Assembly (NCBI RefSeq): GCF_039654945.1
Contig: NW_027361806.1
Coordinates: 4,960,001 to 5,024,000 of the forward strand
DNA: 64,000 nucleotides
Origin: Dendrobates tinctorius
Lineage: Eukaryota
Direction of reading: 5' to 3'
Shown here: piece after piece, positions 1-12,118 of the stretch
How the letters are laid out: every line of letters begins with the position of its first letter
Position numbering within the stretch: the first letter of the stretch is position 1
Position numbers and translations under genes: made by a program
The notes under the pieces: model-generated
Seen by the model: only the letters and a program-made list of their open reading frames with translations
What the model was told of the DNA's origin: nothing
The model's database searches: none

Positions 1-842
1 TTGACTCACCCTATATGGCTTTTCTTTTACTGTAGTTATTATTTATCTGATTTCCCAAGATGGTCTAGTATCCAATTTTTATAACTTCCGGAGAGATTAA
101 TAATTCAGCAATTTACCAGTTCACTAAACTGGGCTGAATGCCTGCGAAGGTTCCTTGGAGAAGTTTTTGGCAGTTCAAGCTCCATCCAGAAGTGTAACTA
201 GAGGCATCTGCGCTTTGTTGTGAGCCGCCATACTACATCATGAAATACAATATTCTTATACGACAACATGTAAGACATGCCACAGAGGAGGCTCTCCAGC
301 TTCTGAGGGAGACGTCTAATTTTAAACATTACTATGCTAGAGGGCCCCTTTGTGACTCACGGCACGACTCTATGCCACATCTGCCGTGAATCAGTGCAAC
401 AAAACAAAGGAAAGTCGGGCAGAACAATAGAATACAGATGACATTAAGACTGGTAGGAATTCCAGAAGGTATGGTAGAAGCCACAGGGAAAACAATCAGC
501 CACAGGGATGCTCCTGCAGCCCTGAAGTTACTTTTGCAATTGGCCTGGGGTGCAGGCATTTTACTTTTTAGAATGGAGCAACTTCCCTCCGTAGACTTTC
601 TGCAACTGTAAGATTTATGCCTAAACCTGTTGGAGGATAAAAAAAAAACCTCCACTAAATACTTACTCGCTGCGGAGGTCAGATTTTAACAAATTGGCTC
701 TATATATAGTCTAGAAATGTAAAAGTATAATAAATATCAACGATGATGCGGCTTTTTTTTCTTCTCCAGTCTGTTCCTACTTTATGAATTGTAGCGAACA
801 GTTGTTGAAGACTGGAAACTGTCAACAAGCAGGCCAGTTTAA

Positions 843-1187
843 GGCTATGTGCACACGCTGCGGATTCACCTGCAGGTTTTTTCGCGCGGATCTGCAGGTA
901 AAACCGCAAGTAAAGTGACCTGCGGTTAGCCTACGGTTTTGCCCTGCGGTTTCACACCTCTACTATGTTAAAGGTGTGAAACCGCTGCGGAATCCGCCCA
1001 AAGAATTGACATGCTGCGGTTTGTAAACTGCAGCAAAACTGCGCGGAAAAAACGCAGCGTGAGCACAGCGGATTTGTAATGCCATAGGCTAACATGGTAC
1101 TGTACCATGTCTGCGGAACTGCTGTGTTTCTGCAGGGCCAAAAACGCTGCGGAAACGCAGCAGAATCCGCAGCGTGTGCACATAGCC
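843..1187. mobile_element. PIF/Harbinger-type MITE
   Basis: TIRs GGCTATGTGCACACGCTGCGGATTC / GAATCCGCAGCGTGTGCACATAGCC, TAA on both sides (840-842, 1188-1190), non-coding. Confidence 0.85.
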
Positions 1188-1229
1188 TAAGTGTTTGTAC
1201 CCCAGTGATAATCCATAAAAGTATATTAA

Positions 1230-1789
1230 AGGGGTTGTCCGGTCTTAGGGTACTAGTCTGCAGTTACTTTATGTGACTGCAGACTTGTGAGTCCTTAAAT
1301 CACATGAACTGCACGCTGTGAGAATTCTCTGCCACCGGGAACGTCACCGAAAGTATTCGGTCAAGAGCAGACTAGACGTGCATGGCCTCGCTCATTACAA
1401 GTGTATTCGGCAAGGCCAGGCACGTCTAGTTGGAATGTGGCCGGAAGTATGCGGTCATGTGCAGACTAGACTTGCACTGCCTTGCTCATTACAAGTGTAT
1501 TCGACAAGGCCAGGCCCGTCTAATTGGAATGTGGCCGGAAGTATGCAGTTATGTGCAGACTAGACGTGAATGGCCTCGCTCATTACAAGTGTATTTGGCA
1601 AGGCCGGGCACGTCTAGTTGGACTGTGACCGGAAATATGCAAATCGTATACTTGTGGTCACAAGGCTGTCTGCTCCAGGCACGGGCACCGGAGAATCTTG
1701 ACAGTGTGCAGTACGCATGCTGTGAGGATTCCCAAGTCTGTAGTCAAAAGATTGAATGCAGACTTGTAGCCTAAGGCCAGACAACCCCT
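1230..1789. mobile_element. T2/Kolobok-type MITE with internal 94-bp tandem repeats
   Basis: TTAA|AGGGGTTGTC ... GACAACCCCT|TTAA. Three 94-bp units start at ~1367, 1461 and 1555, each an internal hairpin (ACTAGACGTG...CACGTCTAGT). Confidence 0.8.
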
Positions 1790-1793
1790 TTAA

Positions 1794-2017
1794 AGGTGTT
1801 GCATAAACTGTTTTCTTCAGGAGAGCACAGCTCCTCTTGGAAGGGCAATCTCCTGGCCTAGGAAATCGGCCACCGCTGATAGACTGCAGTGGTGGCTGGT
1901 AACCTAAGCCGTAAACTGTAAAATTAAATTGTTGAGGAAGAAGAGGATTTTTAATTGGACATAAAATGCAACTTGCTAGTTTTTACAATTACTTTGTAAG
2001 TAGTTGAGATGACTCCT
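1794..2017. mobile_element. Degenerate T2-type MITE sharing TTAA sites with its neighbours
   Basis: TTAA|AGGTGTTG ... GACTCCT|TTAA, followed directly by another AGGGGTTATCCC terminus at 2022. Confidence 0.5.
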
Positions 2018-2869
2018 TTAAAGGGGTTATCCCATAAAGACCATCCTTTCTGCAGCTAATGATTTTCTGGTAAGTTGATCACTGAGTTTTCCAGCTGAAG
2101 CTACTACAACCATTTGCCGCAGTGCAGTGAATGCAGTCCCTGTTGTATCGTCCTACCATCCACACATTATAGTGTAATGCCTGTCCTCATGTTGCACCCA
2201 TACTGTGCACTATATGGCACATCAGTGACAACAAGTCTCCAGTGTTGAGCAGCAGAGAAGCCGCAGACACGTGCGCGGGAGATTCTTACACGTTGGCCGG
2301 TGAAGAATGAAGCCTCAGTGGCACGAACATCAGCAGAGAGTCAGCCCAACCGCAGCATTGTTCATCTCCGCATGCAATGTGGACGGCACAAACCATCAGA
2401 AAAATGTAACGGTAATTACATTCAGCCCTCGCTGGAAATGGCAAACAAGCGCTAATTGTTTCTAGCTTCATGTGAGACATTTAGGAAATGTTAAAGCCGA
2501 CATGAATGGCAGCAGTTGAGCAGAAGTTTGGCAGCGAGACAGACTGGTTGTAAGGCTCCATGTGGACTGGAAATGTCAATGCTGTTTGTCTGGGCTATTA
2601 TTCAGGAAATCCGGTCAGGGTAATTACACATTACAGCAGCACAGAACGAGAGCAAAGGGAGAAGATCGACAAGATCTTCAGTATTTCATGTCCAGCTCCA
2701 GCCTGGTGTGTTTTTTTTTATTTTATCAACCTAAGAAGGATTGCAATAAATTGTTCTAGTATGTCAGCTATTTTCTGCAGGGGTAAGAAGCGCTCCACAC
2801 CTGTCTTCTGTGGAAAAGAGCCTTCACTACACCTGCAAATACAACCCAAGGAATCGTTAAGACAATGAG

Positions 2870-3058
2870 CAAGTCTCTACTATTCGGTTACCCTCTCACT
2901 AACCTCACCTCTCTCCAATCTATCCTGAATGCAGCACCACAATCATATTCCTCTCCAGTCGTTACACCGATACCTCCAACCTGTGCCAGTCATTACACCG
3001 TTTGCCCATCCACTACAGAATACAATATAAACTTATCTCTCTCCCACAAAGCTCTACA
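2870..3058 (+). mobile_element. L2 LINE ORF2 C-terminal fragment (decayed)
   Basis: Frameshifted translation LTSLQSILNAA ... LCQSLHRLPIHYRIQYKL resembles the L2 motif LQ..QNAAAR ... LHWLP...RI.YK. Confidence 0.75.
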
Positions 3059-4639
3059 AAAAATTGCAATGAGATTTCTTTTTTTTTTACTTTGGCCTAT
3101 CTACTTTTATTATATTACAACCACTGATCAGTTCTAGTTGCTATATTGAACTTCTGCAACATTTTGGCTGAGATTTTCCTTTGTGTCAAGTTTCTTCCCT
3201 TAGACCACATTCACACTCTTCAGTATTTGGTTAGTATTTTACATTTATATTGGTAAGCCAAAATCAAGAGTGGAACAATCAGAAGAAAAATATAATAGAA
3301 CACGTCACCACTTCTGCATTTTTCACCCACTTTTGATTTTGGCTTACAAATACTGGTGTAAAATACTGACTATGTGAACGTGGCCTTATAATGGGTATAC
3401 ACTTTGAACTTGTAGTTTTTCCCATTTTTGAAATGTCATCAGAAGCACAATGTACGGTAATTAATGCCCCTCTTTTTGGGATATAATAGACATTACTAGT
3501 ATGACCTTCCCCTCTGGTATGTGTCACCATTTTTCCTTTATGACATTCATTTGATGCGAATCATTATCAATAAATCTTTATACATTTTTATACTTCTATG
3601 TTGATAGTCTCTCCACATTTTTTACGCCTCACATTCTTTGAAATCAGAGGCAAAAGTCTAATCCAGGCAAATAATTCACTTTTTTTTTTACTGCAATGAA
3701 AATTTACAATAAAGGTAGCATTAACGTATAAAATAAAGGTAGTATTATAGAATGCAGTAGTACTGTTTAGAAATTTTCAATTTTTTTTCTCATATACAGC
3801 ACCTATGCTAAACTATTTATCACCATGATCATTGACTAAATACAATCCATTTGCATTCATCTGACTTCTTGCAGAGGCACATAGGTACCAATATGGAGCA
3901 TACAACGCACCTGGCGTTCGCCATGTGTTGGGTCTAAAACTAATGAAATTCCACCACGTTCTGTACCTAATCTTCACCTCTGTTCTCAGAATACAAGCTC
4001 ACATAACCAGAACTTCATCAATCACCCTCATGAATATGTTCCTTCTTTTCTCCCAGCCAAGGAAAGCACAATATTAAACTCATCTGGATGGACCACTTGC
4101 ACCTAATGAAGAACATACAGCCAAGAGAAGAGGGTTTACGAGAGGAAGTTGTGTTCTGAATGATGCACTTGAAGACGTCTCCAGAACAGATTCTTCTGAA
4201 TCTTTAAGAAAAAAACAAACCAGTTTCCTTTCATAAACTGTTACCTGCAACATCTGCCGAGCAGACATATCTGAGATCCCGTCTCAATAACATCAGTCAC
4301 GAGTTGTTTCAATATACATAAAAGAACTTTGCAGACTCCTGGACACACGTCTTAGGACCTCAAGCAGAGTTTACACTTGACAATTTTTCACTTTGGTCGC
4401 ATCACTAGTTTTTTTTTTCAAGTTACAGAATATCGAATGCATTTTGGTTGGAATAACATCAGTCTCTGTAAAGGGAAAAAAAAATTCTAACCAATCCAAA
4501 TCCTTGTTTGAAAGACATCAGAGGATCCACTGACTAGTCTCTATAGACGATAGATAACTTGCTGGTAGGCACCAATAGAGGGGTTCTCTTGTGTTCCTAA
4601 CTTCAGTACACTACTCCCCTACCCGATGAGCTTCTGCTT

Positions 4640-5920
4640 GAATCATAGAATCATAGAATCGTAGAGTTGGAAGGGACCTCCTGGGCCATCTGGTCCAACC
4701 CCCTGCTCAACGCAGGATTCGCTAAATCATCCCAGTTAGATGTCTGTCCAGCCTCTGTTTGAAGACTTCCATTGAAGGAGAACTCACCACTTCTCGTGGC
4801 AGCCTGTTCCACTCATTGATCACTCTAACTGTCAAAAAGTTTTTTCTAATATCTAATCTGTGTCTCCTCCCATTCAGCTTCATCCCATTGCTTCTAGTCT
4901 TTCCTTGTGCAAATGAGAATAAAGTTGATCTTTCTACAATGTGACAGCCCTTTAGATATTTGTAGACAGCTATTAAGTCTCCTCTCAGTCTTCTCTTTTC
5001 AAACTAAACATTCCCAAATCCTGCAACCTTTCCTCATAAGACAGGGTTTGCAGACCGGTCACCATTCTGGTCACTCTTTTCTGAACTTGCTCCAGTTTGT
5101 TGATGTCTTTTTTAAAATGTGGTGCCCAAAATTGGACACAATATTCCAGATGAGGTCTGACCAAAGAGGAGTAGAGGGAAATAATTACTTCACGTGATCT
5201 AGACTGTATGCTTCTGTTAATACGTCCTAGAATTGCATTTGCCTTTTTTGCTGCTGCATCACACTGTTGACTCATATTCAGTCTGTGATCTATTAGTATA
5301 CCCAAGTCTTTTTCACATGTGCTGTCACTTAGCCCTATTCCTCCCATTCTATATATGCTTTTTTCATTTTTATTGCCCAGATGTAGTACTTTGCATTTCT
5401 CCCTGTTAAAAACCATTCTGTTAGTTGCTGCCCACTTCTCCAGTTTATTTAAATCTTTTTGAATCCTCTCTCTCTCTTCTCTAGTATTAGCTATCCCTCC
5501 TAGCTTTGTGTCATCAGCAAATTTAATCAGTTTACCCTCAATTCCTTCATCTAAATCGTTGATAAAGATGTTGAACAATACAGGGCCCAGGACAGAGCCC
5601 TGTGGTACCCCACTTGAGACATTCTTCCAACTGGATGTGCAGCCATTTACGACCACTCTTTGGGTCCGATCACTAAGCCAGTTATGAATCCACCTAACAG
5701 TTGCCTTGTCCATTCCATACTTAGTCATTTTTTCAATAAGGATTGTATGAGAGACTTTGTCAAATGCTTTGCTGAAGTCAAGATATACTATATCTACAGC
5801 ATTTCCTTGATCCACCCAATCAGTAATACCATCATAGAAGGAAATTAAATTAGTCTGACATGACTTATTAGTTACAAACCCATGCTGACTCTGTTTAATC
5901 ACTTCATTCTTATCCAGGTA
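4640..5920 (-). mobile_element. CR1 LINE, 5'-truncated
   Basis: ORF 4985..5902 has RT motifs YLDFSKAFD, GVPQGSVLGP, KFADD and [11 protein letters not shown]. 3' tail of (ATTCTRTG)-like octamers at 4640-4665. 1-bp frameshift near 5000 relative to the copy at 59067. Confidence 0.95.
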
Positions 5921-6503
5921 TTATCCCCCTTGCTTGGGGGTGGTGCTCTAGTGAATATTGACAGGTCTGGCCGGTGGCATGCCTGGACCATAAACTCGAA
6001 TTGTGAGCTCTCCCATCCCAATAGCAGAGGCTGATTTACCTCTGCAACATGACAGAAGTCATGGGGTGTTTTTACAAACACTTTGCAATTTTTCCCCATT
6101 TAATAAGATAAGACAACCACCATTAAAGTGAACACTAATGAAGAAAAGCTAATTTCCATCATAAACTTAGGACTTTGTGTTAACATACCCTAGATAGTTG
6201 TCGAAAGCTGCTACTCCCAAATTGTCTATAAAAATAAGTTTTATAACCCATGAGAATTAAGAATCAGGCATATTAACATCCAACAGTCCAATTCTGCTTT
6301 TCCATACAGTATGTGTCATTGAAAGGGAATTCGGACACCCCTATACACATTAGATGGTCAACTGTGGTTGGCCGACATTCATCTGATGAGTATGGTCACA
6401 TTAGCAGATGAGATTGTTCCGTGAGTATATTGGACCTTTGCTCTTGTAGAATCTCATTGTACAATGCAAGAATGGACACAGAAAGAAGAGGCCCCTGAGC
6501 AAG

Positions 6504-6507
<4 letters not shown>

Positions 6508-6535
<28 letters not shown>
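6508..6535. repeat. (TA)n microsatellite
   Basis: About 14 TA units. Confidence 0.95.
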
Positions 6536-6537
<2 letters not shown>

Positions 6538-7243
6538 GCCCTTTGAAGTTCAATAGCTCATCATAATGTAGAATTCAACCTGCTTTAGAGGTGGAAGTGG
6601 CCCCCTAAATCTCTTAGGGTCCCAATTCCACAGGTTGCACCAATGGTGTATCTGCCTCTAGTACAGTGTAACAACCTGGTCCCATCCATTGCTTGCATGG
6701 CTGCCAACGGTGTGTCCTTGGTGGATGATGAATGTCGTTACAACTCTGCCAGGTATGGTTTCCATGTGTGCACATCATGCGATCTGTCTACTGCCACCAG
6801 CAGCATGTTCAGCAGGTTCGGATTGTGAGGTCTGTTCCGCTTGGCTACACTGCAGGTAAACAAATGCGTCTCACCCAGGGTGACCCAGTGAAAGACTAGC
6901 CATGTCACAATGATCAAAGAGATCAGGTAACATGATCCGGGGAATGGGGCAACTCTTTTGCTTTTTTTTTTTTGCATATAGAAAAGTTGTAGTTGGTTTA
7001 ACTTGCTGAGGAGGTCAATCTGCAGACGGAAATGTGCTAAATCATTTATACTACAAATCAGCCAAGTGATGAAAGAGCATCTGGATTGTGAAGAAATTCT
7101 ACATTTACTGGTATCACCTCTCCACTGGTTAAATAAAGCTGACATATCAAGCACATCGCCTTAAGGGTCGAGCTGCAAGCAAGAAGAAATACCATCTTTA
7201 AGAGACCATCAGAGATAGCTAACTGGCAGGTGCCAACCACAAC

Positions 7244-7672
7244 GGACACCACTCAATGAGATGTTTCCAAGTTAGAGAAACTTCTTTGTACCAACAGTAC
7301 AGTATACTCTTGGGTTTTCATTTTTTTTTTTATACTTCTTCTAAATGTGGATCTTTGGTACTCAGACTGCAATAAGGAGACAGAAGACCTGATAATAATG
7401 GAAATTATGAAGACCCTATGGATGGCACAAAGAAATCTTCTTGTACAACCTCTTAGCTTACCCAGAATGGACACCACTCAATGAGTTGTTTTCAAGTTAG
7501 GGAAAGTTCTTTGTACTAACGTTATAATAAACTCTTGGGTTTTGACTCTTTTGATACTTCTCCTAAATGTGAATCTTTAGTACTCTGGCTGCAGTGAGAA
7601 GGCAGGAGATCTGTTAAGAATAGAAATTATGTAAACCCTCTGGACGGCGCAAAGAAATCTTCTTGAATAACC
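7244..7672. repeat. Diverged tandem duplication, 2 x ~225 bp
   Basis: GGACACCACTCAATGAG at ~7244 and ~7469; the copies stay colinear through to AAAGAAATCTTCTTG. Confidence 0.8.
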
Positions 7673-7767
7673 TTTGAACGGAATTATACGTTCCACAATT
7701 CTCAACCTCCTACAGTCATCAGGAACTGGTGGTTGCTCTTGGGATCAAGAACCAGTGAAGTGATGAT

Positions 7768-8276
7768 CAGGGCCGGCCCAAGAGATTACGGCGCCCTAGG
7801 CGAAACTATTTTGTTGCGCCCCTACTATTCTTGGCAGTAGATGAAAACTTGGGATATAAATTTAGGAGCAAAATAAACCACAACAACAATGATTAATTAA
7901 CTCTCTCCTAACTCTTGAATCTTCTGAGAAGTTGTATAGGACAAATATATACAAAGTAATCAATAACACAAAACAAAAACCACCATAGGTAATTAAAATT
8001 TTTGTTTCCTTGCCTTTTTTTTTTGAAAAGGATGACACTAAGTCACCGAGATTAATTTGTTTTGCAACTTCAGATTCTATCGAAATTGTTGCCAACCCAA
8101 CCAACCTCTCTTGCGTCATATTTGCCCTTAAATATGTACACTTTTCTTTCCATCCCTAAAACTTTTTGCCTTTTGAAAAGATTTTTTATAATTTTTTCTA
8201 TTTTTTCTCTGGCGCCCCCTTTGGGTCGGCGCCCTAGGCGGCCGCCTAGTTCGCCTATACGTTCGGGCCGGCCCTG
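7768..8276 (-). mobile_element. Non-autonomous hAT (Tip100-like) element retaining the transposase C-terminus
   Basis: TIRs CAGGGCCGGCCC / GGGCCGGCCCTG, perfect 8-bp TSD GTGATGAT (7760-7767, 8277-8284). Internal MTQERLVGLATISIE is a hAT C-terminal dimerisation motif. Confidence 0.92.
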
Positions 8277-10252
8277 GTGATGATATAGACAGTAGCAGCA
8301 ATCATTTGATAATGACTGCGGAAATGGGACAAGGGCAAAACTGAAGGCAGTTCCAGCAACTTATAAAGAAGATGGAACAAGAATGGAGCCATGGAAGAAG
8401 AACAGGTGAACTTAACACAAATCAAACCGCAACAAGGGTCAAGTAACAGACGAGTTCAGAAATAGTCCAAATGTCTTTGGAAACTGCATGAGGCCAGATC
8501 TACAATTCAATGTGGGTGACAACGGTGAGTTTACTTATATGAAGTTACCAGCAACAGGTAATTTTCCTGTTTCTGTTTCCTGGTTCCTGTTATTGAGGAG
8601 CATCACAAACCTCGTGAGAACGTCAATTATGTAACAGCAGCAAAAAAAACAATTATGAATTTCAGATCCCTAACAATCACAATGATCTAAAGCTTCCATT
8701 TTGAAAAGTGGTCAAGATAATTTTCTGTATGGCATAAGTTGGCCTTTCTGTTCACTCATTTCTGATCAGCCATAACAGTAAATGACCTATCTAAAAGCAG
8801 AAAATGATCAGCAATAAAATGTATCATATTGATCCATAATATCTCCATACATATCATCATTCTTGGCGGCGAGACCTATAAAGACATCACATGAGGTTTC
8901 AAGAGCAATAGCAATATCGTGGCTGGGCTAGGAGTCAACTCCTTTTTCAAGGGTAACGAAGGTCTCAATGATGGATATCACTGGCATGCTAACCAAAAAT
9001 GAATTTTCACTAGATTTGTCCTCTAACACTGGGTTTTAAAAGGAATTGTGAGTAGGTTTTTGCTATTTCATCTGAGAGCGGCACAATATTGGAGCAGAGA
9101 GCCTGATTCCAGGGAGGTATCACTTGCTCAACAGCTTGCTGTAGTTTTCAATACAATTAGTGTTTTATCAGCAGGAGATTAACACTGCAGGACTAGGTGT
9201 TGCTTGCCAGGAAGTCCAGCTGATCTGCATAACTCCGCCCCCACTACGGATTCGCAGCTTGCTGACAGTGTACAGCGGAAGCTACCAATCAGGGTTGTGG
9301 ACGGTGTTATACACAGCTCAGCATTCTGAGCACAGCTACATCACATTATTTTATGTCAGAGAAATGTTATTGAATTACAGTACTCTCGGGGTACAGCTAA
9401 GTTAGTTTGTACCTTGTGCACACTGCCACGATTTCCCTGTATTCAAGTGGGCGAAAAGTATGCGATTTACATACGTTTGGTCACAGACCGACTAGATTCT
9501 CATTGTTTTCTCTCAATAAAACATTGAGAAAAGCGGATGAGAATCTAGTTGGCATGTGACTGCAATTATGCAAATCACCTACTTGTGGTTACACGAGCGT
9601 CCATTCGCACTGGGGATACAGGGGAATCATGATAGTGTGCACATGCATTACACACTTTCATGATTTGGAAAATTTGTTTAGAGACCGGTAGACCTCCTTT
9701 AATAAGAACAAGTACCCCCTAATACCAATTCAGCAGCTAATTATTATTAAGCCAATCTTGCACCCTTAAAAGGGTTGTTTAGTAAAGACAAGTTATCACC
9801 AATCCACACGACAGGTGTTGATTGTTAGGGGTCCAACCACTGGGACTCTCACTGATTTTCAGAATGGGGCACTTTTATCCTCATTAATAAGGTACGGTAG
9901 TGTGCATGCTTAATTCCCGCTCCATTCCTTCTCCATAGGGCTGCCAAGCTCTGCGTTTGGCTTTTTCTGGCAACTTTATAGTGAATGAATAGAGCAGCGC
10001 TGGATAAAAGTCGGAAAAATAAATTCTCCATACTACCGATCGGGGCAGGTACCAGCATTCGGACCCGCCACCAATTAGTAAGATATCTCCTATCCTGTGG
10101 ATAAGGGATAACATGATTTCACAGGTCAACCGTTTATCCGATGTGAACTGAAAATCTACCAAATCATTGATTCATCGTCCTCCCAATGTTCATCATGCGC
10201 ATTCTAATCTCTATGTGACAACAACACTATAGATTCTACACGTATATTTTAC

Positions 10253-10347
10253 CTTGTCCTTTAATTCCAAAAGGTGGCAAAAAATCCCTGATTCTTCCCC
10301 ATTTTCTAAAGGAATCGTCAAGAAACATTGGTGCTGGTCTTGAGAAC
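10253..10347 (-). CDS. ST3GAL3: ST3GAL3 next coding exon (95 nt)
   Basis: Minus strand reads ctttgtcttgtAG|G TTC TCA AGA ... GGA CAA G|GTAAAA. Translation FSRPAPMFLDDSFRKWGRIRDFLPPFGIKGQ matches ST3Gal III FSKPAPMFLDDSFRKWARIREFVPPFGIKGQ. Splices in frame to the 56243-56335 exon (AA+G = Lys). Confidence 0.96.
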
Positions 10348-10512
10348 CTACAAGACAAAGTGAAAAGAATTTGTTCAACTCTTCATCCATCCTTCAAAAC
10401 CAATGATCTCAAATGAATCTCAGTGGAGTCAAATGGCATCAATGACCGTGAAACAATCAAACAACAACCCGACCCAACGGGTGGTAAATAATCAAACATC
10501 CCGTATTACATA

Positions 10513-12118
10513 CAGTGGGGCAAAAAAGTATTTAGTCAGTCAGCAATAGTGCAAGTTCCACCACTTAAAAAGATGAGAGGCGTCTGTAATTTACATCATA
10601 GGTAGAACTCAACTATGGGAGACAAACTGAGAAAAAAAAATCCAGAAAATCACATTGTCTGTTTTTTTTTCCTTTTATTTGCATATTATGGTGGAAAATA
10701 AGTATTTGGTCAGAAACAAGCAATCAAGATTTCTGGCTCTCACAGACCTGTAACTTCTTCTTTAAGAGTCTCCTCTTTCCTCCACTCATTACCTGTAGTA
10801 ATGGCACCTGTTTAAACTTGTTATCAGTATAAAAAGACACCTGTGCACACCCTCAAACAGTCTGACTCCAAACTCCACTATGGTGAAGACCACAGAGCTG
10901 TTAAAGGACACCAGAAACAAAATTGTAGCCCTGCACCAGGCTGGGAAGACTGAATCTGCAATAGCCAACCAGCTTGGAGTGAAGAAATCAACTGTGGGAG
11001 CAATAATTAGAAAATGGAAGACATACAAGACCACTGATAATCTCCCTTGATCTGGTGCTCCACGCAAAATCCCACCCCGTGGGGTCAGAATGATCACAAG
11101 AACAGTGAGCAAAAATCCCAGAACCACGCGGGGGGACCTAGTGAATGAACTGCAGAGAGCTGGGACCAATGTAACAAGGCCTACCATAAGTAACACACTA
11201 CGCCACCATGGACTCAGATCCTGCAGTGCCAGACGTGTCCCACTGCTTAAGCCTGTACATGTCCGGGCCCGTCTGAAGTTTGCTAGAGAGCATTTGGATG
11301 ATCCAGAGGAGTTTTGGGAGAATGTCCTATGGTCTGATGAAACCAAACTGGAACTGTTTGGTAGAAACACAACTTGTCGTGTTTGGAGGAAAAAGAATAC
11401 TGAGTTGCATCCATCAAACACCATACCTACTGTAAAGCATGGTGGTGGAAACATCATGCTTTGGGGCTGTTTCTCTGCAAAGGGGCCAAGACGACTGATC
11501 CGGGTACATGAAAGAATGAATGGGGCCATGTATCGTGAGATTTTGAGTGCAAACCTCCTTCCATCAGCAAGGGCATTGATGATGAAACGTGGCTGGGTCT
11601 TTCAACATGACAATGATCCAAAGCACACCGCCAGGGCAACGAAGGAGTGGCTTCGTAAGAAGCATTTCAAGGTCCTGGAGTGGCCTAGCCAGTCTCCAGA
11701 TCTCAACCCTATAGAAAACCTTTGGAGGGAGTTGAAAGTCCGTGTTGCCAAGCGAAAAGCCAAAAACATCACTGCTCTAGAGGAGATCTGCATGGAGGAA
11801 TGGGCCAACATACCAACAACAGTGTGTGGCAACCTTGTGAAGACTTACAGAAAACGTTTGACCTCTGTCATTGCCAACAAAGGATATATCACAAAGTATT
11901 GAGATGAAATTTTGTTTCTGACCAAATACTTATTTTCCACCATAATATGCAAATAAAAGGAAAAAAAAACAGACAATGTGATTTTCTGGATTTTTTTTTC
12001 TCAGTTTGTCTCCCATAGTTGAGGTCTACCTATGATGTAAATTACAGACGCCTCTCATCTTTTTAAGTGGTGGAACTTGCACTATTGCTGACTGACTAAA
12101 TACTTTTTTGCCCCACTG
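10513..12118 (+). mobile_element. Full-length Tc1 DNA transposon (1606 bp)
   Basis: TA TSDs; ~207-bp near-identical TIRs starting CAGTGGGGCAAAAAAGTATT; central transposase. Confidence 0.97.
10880..11902 (+). pseudogene. Tc1 DD34E transposase (340 codons) with one premature TGA
   Basis: ATG at 10880 (MVKTTELLKDTRNKIV), in-frame TGA at 11048-11050, then open to 11902 with WSDE, FQHDND and [11 protein letters not shown]. Confidence 0.93.

Noticed and set aside
10789-11529. 246-aa minus-strand ORF
   Set aside because: Antisense shadow of the Tc1 transposase.
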